Below, in pieces: positions 56,629 through 64,000 of a stretch of DNA of 64,000 nucleotides; positions within the stretch are counted from its first letter, which is position 1, and every line of letters starts with the position of its first letter. This DNA is from a virus. The notes under the pieces were generated by a model that saw only the letters and a program-made list of their open reading frames with translations, did no database searches and was not told the DNA's origin. The position numbers and the translations under genes were made by a program. Location of the stretch: positions 1 to 64,000 of IMG/VR virus record IMGVR_UViG_3300029267_003532; one strand, given 5' to 3'.

Positions 56629-57125
56629 TGGGAGATACTATCCCGCAGGTCCTGAGACTGGCTGAGGTTGAGAAAAAACGCTTTGACCAAGGGAGCCAGT
56701 TCCAATTCAATCGAGTTCAGCCACTTTCGTCCCGCTTTGATGTCGTCAAACTGGAGCACGGCAGCGCCCAACCAGACTAGGTCAGACTCGCTCAGTGCAG
56801 CGATCGTGCCAAAGAGCACCACACGGTTGGACAGCGACGGATTGCGGGTCACGGCTTGCAGCGAGCGCTGCGCAACCTTTTCGCCCCGCACGGCCAGCCC
56901 GCCGAGCACCTTTAGAATCTGAATGATCGTGCCGAGTTTGGGCTCCTCGATGACGAACGTTCGCCCGGCCAGCGTGATCTCGTTCGACTCGTAGCCAGCA
57001 GGGGCTTCCGTTTCGTCCAGAACGGCGGTTTCCTTTTCGAATTCCTCCTCCACGATGGTTTCCAGCAAAACCGACTCTTCCCCTTCATTGAACTCCATCT
57101 CGTCGTCTACCTGGCTCATGCTCAT
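56574..57125 (-). CDS. Tail assembly chaperone (gpG-like)
   Basis: Lies between the tail tube and tape measure genes. Confidence 0.8.
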   Translation of the reverse strand: MSMSQVDDEMEFNEGEESVLLETIVEEEFEKETAVLDETEAPAGYESNEITLAGRTFVIEEPKLGTIIQILKVLGGLAVRGEKVAQRSLQAVTRNPSLSNRVVLFGTIAALSESDLVWLGAAVLQFDDIKAGRKWLNSIELELAPLVKAFFLNLSQSQDLRDSISHFFAGLGSVDGLLGGMTL

Positions 57126-57742
57126 GAAGCCTCGTCCTCTTCAAAGATAAATCCATACGGTCCATGGTGATCGGCCAGGGTCGTGTCGGCCCGCAGCTTG
57201 AACGACGTCGGCAGTCCGGTCGCCTCGGTGCGTTGGATATTGAGTTCGGCGTCCACGTTGGGCACGGCCTTGCGGAACGCAAAAACCCGCATCAGGCCGG
57301 TCTTGGCATCCTCCTGGATCACATAGAGTTCGCGTTCCGTCCACGACGCCGGCGCGTTGAGAGGCAGCCGAGCCTGGTCGACCACAGACCCGGTTACACC
57401 CACCGGTGCGGGCGTGCCCCACACGATTTGCAGCACGTCGACCGTAGAATCGAGCAACGTCGTGCCCATCTCCATCGTGGTCGAACCTGGCTCACCTTCA
57501 TCAAGGTTATAGTTTTTCTGATCGATCGATATGCCGTCCTCAGACTCGGTCGCGCGTCTGATGGTCACACCGTCCTCAGTCGTAGGCGCGAGCGCAGTCA
57601 AACCTGCCGCCAGGGCATAGGTCGTCGGATTGATCACCGATTCGAGCTCGCCCGGAAACGACGCCAAGTTCCCGTAGGCCAGATACGACGCGCCTTTCCA
57701 AACATCATCACGGTCGATTGTAATTTGAGATACCAGTCCCAT
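57122..57742 (-). CDS. Major tail tube protein
   Basis: TTEDGVTI...IDQ...TTLLD; siphophage tube size and position. Confidence 0.8.
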   Translation of the reverse strand: MGLVSQITIDRDDVWKGASYLAYGNLASFPGELESVINPTTYALAAGLTALAPTTEDGVTIRRATESEDGISIDQKNYNLDEGEPGSTTMEMGTTLLDSTVDVLQIVWGTPAPVGVTGSVVDQARLPLNAPASWTERELYVIQEDAKTGLMRVFAFRKAVPNVDAELNIQRTEATGLPTSFKLRADTTLADHHGPYGFIFEEDEAS

Positions 57743-57748
57743 CTCTAT

Positions 57749-58117
57749 CTACCTCCCGCCGAACTGTCTCGCAAACACAGCCTCGGCGCGTGTTGCCCGG
57801 CTTCGCCTACGCCGGGCCTTGACGATTTGCTTGAGCGCTGCCAGATACTCGTTCACGGTCAGGCCATCCGGCAGCAGCGGCACGACCCATTCCTGAAACG
57901 AAACGTCGTCAGGGGACTTGTCTATGCGCACGACGGTCACGTGTTGTTCGGACGAGAATGACGTGATCAGCGCCTTGATCCACACCGCTTTGTCGAAATA
58001 GACCCGGCACCCGTCCGGATCGCAAAAGAACTCTGTGTCGTCGACCTCGCTCTTGCGCCGGATATAGAGTGCTTGGCATGGTGACCGCGTTGTCTTTCGC
58101 TTGCGTTGGCGGGTCAT
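57749..58117 (-). CDS. Hypothetical protein
   Basis: Coupled within the late operon. Confidence 0.55.
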   Translation of the reverse strand: MTRQRKRKTTRSPCQALYIRRKSEVDDTEFFCDPDGCRVYFDKAVWIKALITSFSSEQHVTVVRIDKSPDDVSFQEWVVPLLPDGLTVNEYLAALKQIVKARRRRSRATRAEAVFARQFGGR

Positions 58118-58677
58118 CTGCGTCGGACTCCTGTCCCAGCACGAACGATCTCGAGGCCGAACTCACGGAATTGTCGCTGTGCATCCGGTCGCCAGCGATG
58201 CAAAGCACGATCCGGGAATGGATTAGCCGCAGTACCTGGATGTTGCACGCTCCAAAAATGATACAGGCCGGCTCCGTTTGGACCATTCTCCCAATAGAAA
58301 GAGAGCGGATACCCCTTGGCAAGCTGGGCAGCTGCGCCACCGGTCGGGATCTCGTGCGGCGACGTGCCCTTGGTTATCAGGTTCCACAAGGACAGTCCAT
58401 CGCCCACGATGGCCGTCGAGTGAATCTCGAACTGATCCCAATGTCCACCCTTGTTGCGCACGGGCTGACGAACCTGGATGCCTTCTGAAAACTCGCCCGA
58501 CTGCTTTGGCGCTTCTTCTACCAGCTTGTCGCGCAGGTCCTCGGCAAGCCGGCGCGCCAAAGCAAGTCGGCCGGCAGCCACCTGGCGCTGCTTCATATCC
58601 AAGCGACGAGCTACCGCGGACGCACTTTGCCCCCGGCGTTGGCGTATAGTTAGGCCGATAAAGTGTACTCTGGACAT
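58114..58677 (-). CDS. HK97 gp10-like neck/tail-completion protein
   Basis: APKQSG...KGTSPH...V.HPGTAANPF. Confidence 0.8.
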   Translation of the reverse strand: MSRVHFIGLTIRQRRGQSASAVARRLDMKQRQVAAGRLALARRLAEDLRDKLVEEAPKQSGEFSEGIQVRQPVRNKGGHWDQFEIHSTAIVGDGLSLWNLITKGTSPHEIPTGGAAAQLAKGYPLSFYWENGPNGAGLYHFWSVQHPGTAANPFPDRALHRWRPDAQRQFREFGLEIVRAGTGVRRR

Positions 58678-59213
58678 CAGTCCTCCAGATATTGTGTAAT
58701 CTGGATCATTCTCAGATAATCGACGTCGTCCTCGTTCTGCTGGTCGCCAGACACGCCGTCGTTCAGATGCACCACGTTCTCGGAAAAGATACGCACCGCC
58801 GGCTTTTGATCGCGCTGCTGTCGACCGGCGATTTCCGGGTTAGCCTGCAACACGTCAACGATGGCCTCGCCATAGCGGTGGCAGAGATCGACAACCTCGT
58901 CTTCCGTGTCCGCGACCACCCACGCGGTATAGATCAACTGGTACGTGGCGTTCTGCGCAGCCAGCCGACCCGCCTGGCCCTGCGGGTCCATCCGTTCCAC
59001 GATGGTCAGGATATACGGATAGTACGCGCTGGGCAGCTCCAGCATAAACGCACGATAACCCCGACTCCAGTTTTCAGGCTCAGGCAGCGTCAGCGCGTCG
59101 ATCTCTTCCCAACGCACCTCGACCGTATCCAGTGCATCGCCGAGATTGTCTTGCAGCAGCGTCTCCGCCGCCCGCTCGACTGTCTCCCCTTCGTACCCAT
59201 CGCGATAGCTCAC
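58677..59213 (-). CDS. Tail terminator/neck protein
   Basis: GTGA-coupled start; YP.I...RY..AIVDVL. Confidence 0.6.
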   Translation of the reverse strand: MSYRDGYEGETVERAAETLLQDNLGDALDTVEVRWEEIDALTLPEPENWSRGYRAFMLELPSAYYPYILTIVERMDPQGQAGRLAAQNATYQLIYTAWVVADTEDEVVDLCHRYGEAIVDVLQANPEIAGRQQRDQKPAVRIFSENVVHLNDGVSGDQQNEDDVDYLRMIQITQYLED

Positions 59214-59683
59214 GGCAGCCCCCTGGCCAGCGCCCTGGTCGTCGCATCCAGCATTGCGCCTTCGTGCGATACCACCGGCACGCCCACCGGCGACGCGCTT
59301 TTGCCGATCAACGCTTCCACCTCGGGCCACGCCTGCGCGCACTCGGCCTCGAGCTCTGCCTTGAGGCCATCCAGCATTTGCAGCAGGTCATAGTTGGACA
59401 GTGTGTCCCCTGCCCGGTTGTTTTTGGAACGATAGCGATTGATCGCGCACCATTCCCGTCCAATCGGAATCAGCCGCACGGTCGCCTTGTCCACGATCCA
59501 CTCGGCAACGATGTCCGGAATATCGGCCTCTGCCGGCACCGTCGCCGTGCCATAGGCGTCACGCTTGGCCGCCGCAATTGCCGCCGCCTTGATCGTCACA
59601 TAGTCGATCCCGGTGTCAGCTTCGAGTAGCGCCTCGGTACTGGGCCAGTTATTCGTGACGTACTGGCTGATGTCGATGGACAC
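59210..59683 (-). CDS. Head-tail adaptor protein
   Basis: Follows the major capsid gene; helical. Confidence 0.55.
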   Translation of the reverse strand: MSIDISQYVTNNWPSTEALLEADTGIDYVTIKAAAIAAAKRDAYGTATVPAEADIPDIVAEWIVDKATVRLIPIGREWCAINRYRSKNNRAGDTLSNYDLLQMLDGLKAELEAECAQAWPEVEALIGKSASPVGVPVVSHEGAMLDATTRALARGLP

Positions 59684-59728
59684 ACTGCGCCTTTCCCGTT
59701 AGGAACCTAAACCGAATAGATGACTATC

Positions 59729-60805
59729 CTACGGCTCAATGTCCGCGTACACGAACGCCGCAGGATAGTTCATTTGCGGCAAACGGCTGGTCTGTACGCG
59801 CACGTTCTCAGTTACAGCCTCGGCATTGATATAGGTCTCGGCCAGCGCGCCGGGATTCTCGGCTACGACGATCTGTCCGTTGACCACACGGGCGACCGGA
59901 CCGTCCTTCATTTCCATAATCGGCACACCTGCGACCGTATCCGGCCCGGTAAAGAGCACGTGCCCGGTATCCAGGAAGTAGTTGCGCGTGTCGACTTGGT
60001 CAGCCGAGGTGATATAGAACCCGTTCTCGATCCGGATCTCGCCGATGCCGAGAATCTCGACCACTTCGGACATCTTGGGCGTGATGACGCGTGGGTCCGT
60101 ACCCGAAAGTTCGTTCTTGATCCCCGTGTTCTTTTTCAGGTATCGCCAGACCCCGGTTCGGCAGTACATTGCAATCTCAGACTGGTCGACGCCCAGGTCA
60201 TCGGCGATCAACTTGGACCAGTTGTACACGTCCTCGATGACGTCCGTGTCCGCCGCGCTCCAGGCTGCCGCGGCAGTCGGCTGGTGGGTCGACGTGAACC
60301 AACTGTTTTGCTCGTCGCCGTCCAGATCATAGTTCACCGCGATGGTCGTGCCGTTAAGATACGCAACCGACAGGTTGTCCTTGGCGGCTTCCCACGCCAT
60401 CCACTTGGTCCGGTTTACGTTGCGCCGTCGCAGGCGCAGCGCCTTGCGTAGCAGGTCTTCAGCCGCAGACCGGGCGATCGCCTCGTCCGGACTGTGCAGG
60501 TTGATCATGTCGCTCGCCTTGAGGATGTCCTTTTCAGCGATCAGGAAGAGCTCCATAAAGAGTTCGGTCTGATCGCCGGACCCCGACACGACCGGCGTAT
60601 CGGCGTTGTCCGCCTTGAAACTGGCGAGGCCCGCGCCGTCGATGTGTCGCACGCGGAGTTTGATCCGGCGTGACATCGTCGTCGACAACGGGGCGAACGG
60701 AACGTCGTAAATCTCGCTCTCGTTGATCCGTCGCTCCACGACCCGCGTCAGGACGTGCGCGTCCTTGATGTCGACTGGCGACAGATAGTAGTCATTGGTT
60801 GCCAT
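59729..60805 (-). CDS. Major capsid protein (lambda gpE-like)
   Basis: 358 aa; RTKWMAWEA...WSAADTDVIED...RLPQMNYP pattern of the capsid E family. Confidence 0.85.
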   Translation of the reverse strand: MATNDYYLSPVDIKDAHVLTRVVERRINESEIYDVPFAPLSTTMSRRIKLRVRHIDGAGLASFKADNADTPVVSGSGDQTELFMELFLIAEKDILKASDMINLHSPDEAIARSAAEDLLRKALRLRRRNVNRTKWMAWEAAKDNLSVAYLNGTTIAVNYDLDGDEQNSWFTSTHQPTAAAAWSAADTDVIEDVYNWSKLIADDLGVDQSEIAMYCRTGVWRYLKKNTGIKNELSGTDPRVITPKMSEVVEILGIGEIRIENGFYITSADQVDTRNYFLDTGHVLFTGPDTVAGVPIMEMKDGPVARVVNGQIVVAENPGALAETYINAEAVTENVRVQTSRLPQMNYPAAFVYADIEP

Positions 60806-60845
60806 GATGCTTTTCCTCCGTATAGCTGTCTAGCCGCCTGGCGAC

Positions 60846-61265
60846 CTAGTCGTCGAAGACGCACGAAGGGAAGTACGTCTTGAGGTTGGTCAGAGACGTG
60901 CCGTGCAGCGAGTACCCGCCCATCGTCAATTCGCTCTTGTCGAACACGCATTGGGCATAGAGACCTGCCACCGCACGATCTCCCAACGTCACGTCGTGCG
61001 CTTCCCAGGTGAATACGACCTCGCCCTCGGCCGGTGTCTGTCGGCCATCGGTCGCGGTCTTGAGATAAGGACCGTATTTGCCCGCGCCCGTCCCCGTGTC
61101 GATCTTGACCAGAAACGTGCCGGGACTCAAGCGCCGGCGGCTCTTGGTGTCCGCGACTACGGTGCTGGCATAGATGAGCACGGTCGTTTTGCGCTCGTTT
61201 CCGACCACGCTCTTGAGCGGGCTTTTGTTGGCCCAGGTGTTGGTTTCATAGTACGGCTGTGCCAT
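60846..61265 (-). CDS. Head decoration protein
   Basis: LSPGTFL...GKYGPY...ATDGRQT; directly upstream of the capsid gene. Confidence 0.75.
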   Translation of the reverse strand: MAQPYYETNTWANKSPLKSVVGNERKTTVLIYASTVVADTKSRRRLSPGTFLVKIDTGTGAGKYGPYLKTATDGRQTPAEGEVVFTWEAHDVTLGDRAVAGLYAQCVFDKSELTMGGYSLHGTSLTNLKTYFPSCVFDD

Positions 61266-61300
61266 GGTGCTTTTCCTCCGTTCAGAATTCTCTGAGCCCG

Positions 61301-62983
61301 CTACCCGCCGAGGCTCTTGTCAAATGCGTCGATCGCCTCGTCCGGCAAAGCGCGCGCCGTTTCGGCGTCAATCGGCGCGGTTCGGTGACCTGGCTCTCGC
61401 CCTGGCCCGCTCACGTCCGCCATCGACCGATCTGGACGCACCGGCGCGTTCAGCGAAAAACGCGCTTCCTTGGGCAGCGCGTTGACGATTGCCAGCACGA
61501 TACCGTCGACCGGCGACGTACCGTCATCCGCGATGTCAAAGCCCAACCCATCGGGCTGCAGCGCGGCCTGGACGGCCTGCACGACCACCGGATAGTGGCG
61601 CGTTCCCTCGATTACCGTGACGTCGTCGCGCTGCACGCGACCTTCCATCGCGGCCACGATGCTGGAGACCTCAAGCCCTCGCGCTTTGGCTCGAAGCTGT
61701 ACTTGGCGCTCCAGCGCCCCGTCCAGCGCAAACCCTTGTGCTCGCAGCACTCTGGCTTGTTCGAGCAATACGACGTCCTCCGGGCTCAGCGCGGGAGTCT
61801 GGTCTCGATTCTGCTCCTTAGTCATAAGTTCCTCCCTATACTGCGTGAATTGGACCCCGGAGAACGAAGCCGCCACCGCGGTCGGCGCGACCCCGAACCC
61901 TTGCAGGTCCGGCAACTGTGGATAGTTGGTCAAAAGCAAGTGGACGAGCGCCCACGGCCAAACCGTATCTGGATGGCTGCGGTCGTGAAAGTCAGCCCAG
62001 ATGTACACGCTGCAATCGCGGATCAGCCCCTTATCGAGCTGTTCTCGCGTATCCTCGTCGCGTACATCCAAGCCGCCATACAGGTGCTGGCCCACCTTGA
62101 CCAACCTGTCAACAAAACCGACCGTTTCACTGGCCGGCACAATCCCATCCGTCTCTACATGATGCGTGCTCGCCGTAATCGCGACGTGGTTGAGCGCGCG
62201 CCCCTCGAACGCTTCGTACATAGCGTCGATCATCGACTGGTCGACGGCTAAAGATGTGCCTGTCTGTGGCCGGAACGTCGTCGAGACGCGAAAGATTTCC
62301 TTCCAGATCAGGCCGTTGTCGTCCGCGCCAATATCCGCGGGCAGCGAGACCGGGTCGCGCAGCGCCATGCTGAACACGCGGGGTGTGCCGCCCATGTCGG
62401 CAGCAAGAGAGGTATCCTCTGGCTGTGCCACTGGCTGCCAGACGCGCATCACCTCTTGTAGTTCTCCGAACGAGACCTCGTTCGCGTCGTCGATGATGTA
62501 GGGCAATTTGTGATAGCGCTCGCCGAGCTGGATGATGCAGTAATCCACGAACACGTCAGTCAGCCATGGATAGCGATAGGACCCGTCCGGCATCGTGACG
62601 TGTGCGTTTTCCAATGCTTCGCACAGCAACCCGCGAATGTCCTCAAACGACACATCCTCGATGGCTGTGACAACCGATACGCCGCCGGCCAGCATAAACG
62701 TAGGTCGGTTCCGGGCTTGAGGTAGCCCAGCCTGCACTGACAGATTGACCCCCGTATCTTTGACCTCGCGGACCCACTCCTGTGCTTTGTCCTCGGTGAA
62801 CGTGCCACGGCTGAACACGAATGCGACGATGGTCTCGTCTTCGTCGCTGTAGAGCGCCTGCACACCCTGCTCTAGCTCACTGTCCAACAAGCGAAGGTCG
62901 CCGTAAGACTCCAGGCTGGTTACTCCACTCGCCTCAACGACGATACTGCGTTCTTTCAACTGACCAAGGTTCACGTCTGCCAA
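61301..62983 (-). CDS. Prohead protease/scaffold (Mu gpI-like)
   Basis: WKEIFR...GFV..L...IRDCSVYI...HLLLTNYPQL; scaffold-like C-terminus; GAGGAG RBS before TTG 62983. Confidence 0.7.
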   Translation of the reverse strand: MADVNLGQLKERSIVVEASGVTSLESYGDLRLLDSELEQGVQALYSDEDETIVAFVFSRGTFTEDKAQEWVREVKDTGVNLSVQAGLPQARNRPTFMLAGGVSVVTAIEDVSFEDIRGLLCEALENAHVTMPDGSYRYPWLTDVFVDYCIIQLGERYHKLPYIIDDANEVSFGELQEVMRVWQPVAQPEDTSLAADMGGTPRVFSMALRDPVSLPADIGADDNGLIWKEIFRVSTTFRPQTGTSLAVDQSMIDAMYEAFEGRALNHVAITASTHHVETDGIVPASETVGFVDRLVKVGQHLYGGLDVRDEDTREQLDKGLIRDCSVYIWADFHDRSHPDTVWPWALVHLLLTNYPQLPDLQGFGVAPTAVAASFSGVQFTQYREELMTKEQNRDQTPALSPEDVVLLEQARVLRAQGFALDGALERQVQLRAKARGLEVSSIVAAMEGRVQRDDVTVIEGTRHYPVVVQAVQAALQPDGLGFDIADDGTSPVDGIVLAIVNALPKEARFSLNAPVRPDRSMADVSGPGREPGHRTAPIDAETARALPDEAIDAFDKSLGG

Positions 62984-62996
62984 TGGTCTGCTCCTC

Positions 62997-63056
62997 AAAC
63001 AAAAACAGGGGCCGGGACTGCGTCACAATTTCTGTGAACGCAATCCCGGCCCCTGT
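62997..63056 (-). terminator. Strong terminator/attenuator in the leader of the head operon
   Basis: ACAGGGGCCGGGA...TCCCGGCCCCTGT followed by TTTTGTTT, immediately before the RBS. Confidence 0.75.
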
Positions 63057-63118
63057 GGGACGGCTGGTGCGTCTATTCAATCTCGCCGTGTTTTCACGTC
63101 GTTTTAGACTATGGCTTC

Positions 63119-63170
63119 ATTATACCATACGGTATAGTTCACTGTCAAGCCGGTTTAGAACCTTTGTTCT
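63119..63170 (-). promoter_or_regulatory. Late-type promoter with upstream LexA box
   Basis: TTGACA-18-TATAAT with TATACC-N4-GGTATA; AGAACCTTTGTTCT at 63157-63170. Confidence 0.75.
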
Positions 63171-63390
63171 GTTTGGCTGGCTTTGCACGTGGCGCGGGCG
63201 CTTTATCTTCCTCGTCAATCATAGATGCGATCTTTTCCGGCTGGGCCACCGTCGCCACGCGTGTCACTTCCCAGTTATGTATCCAGACAATATAACATCC
63301 AAATCGAACCGCGCGCAGTTTGTCCAGTAACGCCTGAAAGGTATTTGATTTGCGAACGGTCACATTTGCGCCAAGCTGGCTCATAGGCAT
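63145..63390 (-). CDS. Small hypothetical protein
   Basis: AGGAG RBS; overlaps the GT2 stop. Confidence 0.5.
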   Translation of the reverse strand: MPMSQLGANVTVRKSNTFQALLDKLRAVRFGCYIVWIHNWEVTRVATVAQPEKIASMIDEEDKAPAPRAKPAKQNKGSKPA

Positions 63391-64000
63391 TCTCCTAATA
63401 CTCGCCGGTCACCCCACGCCCCGGACTGACTGACATAGTAATTGTCCTGGATCTGGCTGACCATCCCCCGTCGTTGGTTGTAGAGCGGTCTCAGTCGAGC
63501 AATGTGTTTGTCTCTTGATTCGCCTCTGTGCCCCGAGCTATCGAGCGAGTTCTTGCGCTGGATATTGTGCAGATGGACCCGCAGATCCACCGCGCACTTG
63601 AACCCGCACACCGAGGCGCGATGCGCCATAAGCAGGTCCTCGAACCCATAAAGGTGGTCCTCAGCCAGCACATCAAAGTAGCCAGTCTCGTCCAAAAACC
63701 AGCCAGTGTGAATCACACAATGCCCGACCACCGGGAAATACTCGTGCCAGTACCCATGCGCCTGGATCAACCGGCCTTGATTGGAGGTCTCCAATTCCTC
63801 ATACCAGGGAGAGGCAATAGCTATCCCTGGGTTTGTTTCCAGCAAGTTGCACAGGAACGGAATCCACCCCTCGGTTTCCAGCTCGACGTCGTTATCGACC
63901 TTGATAAAGTGCTGCCCTGGCTTGCGCCTGGCTAACACCTGGTTTAGCGCGCGCGGACATCCAATGTTTTCAGAATTGCAGATCCAGTCAATTGGCCAGC
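63381..64000 (-). CDS. GT2-family glycosyltransferase (5' end outside the window)
   Basis: Frame open to the edge: NSENIGCPRALNQ...IKVDNDV...GYFD...YGFED. Confidence 0.85.
   Translation of the reverse strand, partial: WPIDWICNSENIGCPRALNQVLARRKPGQHFIKVDNDVELETEGWIPFLCNLLETNPGIAIASPWYEELETSNQGRLIQAHGYWHEYFPVVGHCVIHTGWFLDETGYFDVLAEDHLYGFEDLLMAHRASVCGFKCAVDLRVHLHNIQRKNSLDSSGHRGESRDKHIARLRPLYNQRRGMVSQIQDNYYVSQSGAWGDRRVLGECL

Larger units (their letters stand above)
1..64000. mobile_element. Temperate siphovirus-like phage or phage-plasmid genome, partial (portal and terL 3' end lie outside the window)
   Basis: Terminase, capsid, tail, tape measure, integrase, repressor and replication modules are present, no host housekeeping genes are seen, and attP is intact with phage genes on both sides. 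Confidence 0.95.

Noticed and set aside
1-64000. CRISPR array, DGR/retron reverse transcriptase, IS elements, stop-codon recoding
   Set aside because: No regularly spaced repeat-spacer array, RT motif or transposase was seen, and genes read intact in the standard code

Overview
The whole window is one large temperate siphovirus-like genome of about 60% GC, with no host genes. Pro/Thr-rich lipoproteins and GAAC-N4-GTTC SOS boxes suggest a Chloroflexota-like host (inference). From left to right it carries: the 5' part of a lambda gpA-type terminase large subunit (cut by the window edge and missing from the ORF track), terS, an m6A methyltransferase and a holin-like gene; xis, an intact attP (3' half of tRNA-Lys CTT), a tyrosine integrase lacking its catalytic C-terminus, and a CI/Cro-like switch; a ParM/RHH/FtsK/membrane-protein operon; an SOS-boxed replication module (O-like initiator with internal iterons fused to a DnaA-N domain); a second XRE/sigma-factor switch followed by a radical SAM, DUF3150-like, WGR, Ycf46-like AAA+, Ycf35-like and DUF2997-like module; RusA, m5C and m4C methyltransferases; and a minus-strand late operon (protease/scaffold, capsid, neck, tail tube, frameshifted chaperone, tape measure, tail proteins) with embedded glycosyltransferase, sulfotransferase and glycoside hydrolase genes. 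The portal is not in the window. Most notable observations: (1) five copies of a fixed-spacing promoter, CCCTAATTT-N12-TTTGTTATA, probably read by the phage sigma factor, drive an AAA+ module in which three unrelated proteins share a C-terminal SRAxxL[ED]L tag; (2) an 18-bp quasi-palindrome, TTAGGATCATAATCYRAA, is dispersed at gene junctions, almost always in one orientation; (3) there are signs of a phage-plasmid lifestyle with a TraB/Spd-like DNA transfer module; (4) there is a candidate structured ncRNA; (5) there is a possible virion glycosylation/sulfation cassette. All family assignments come from motif recognition by eye; no database searches were run.
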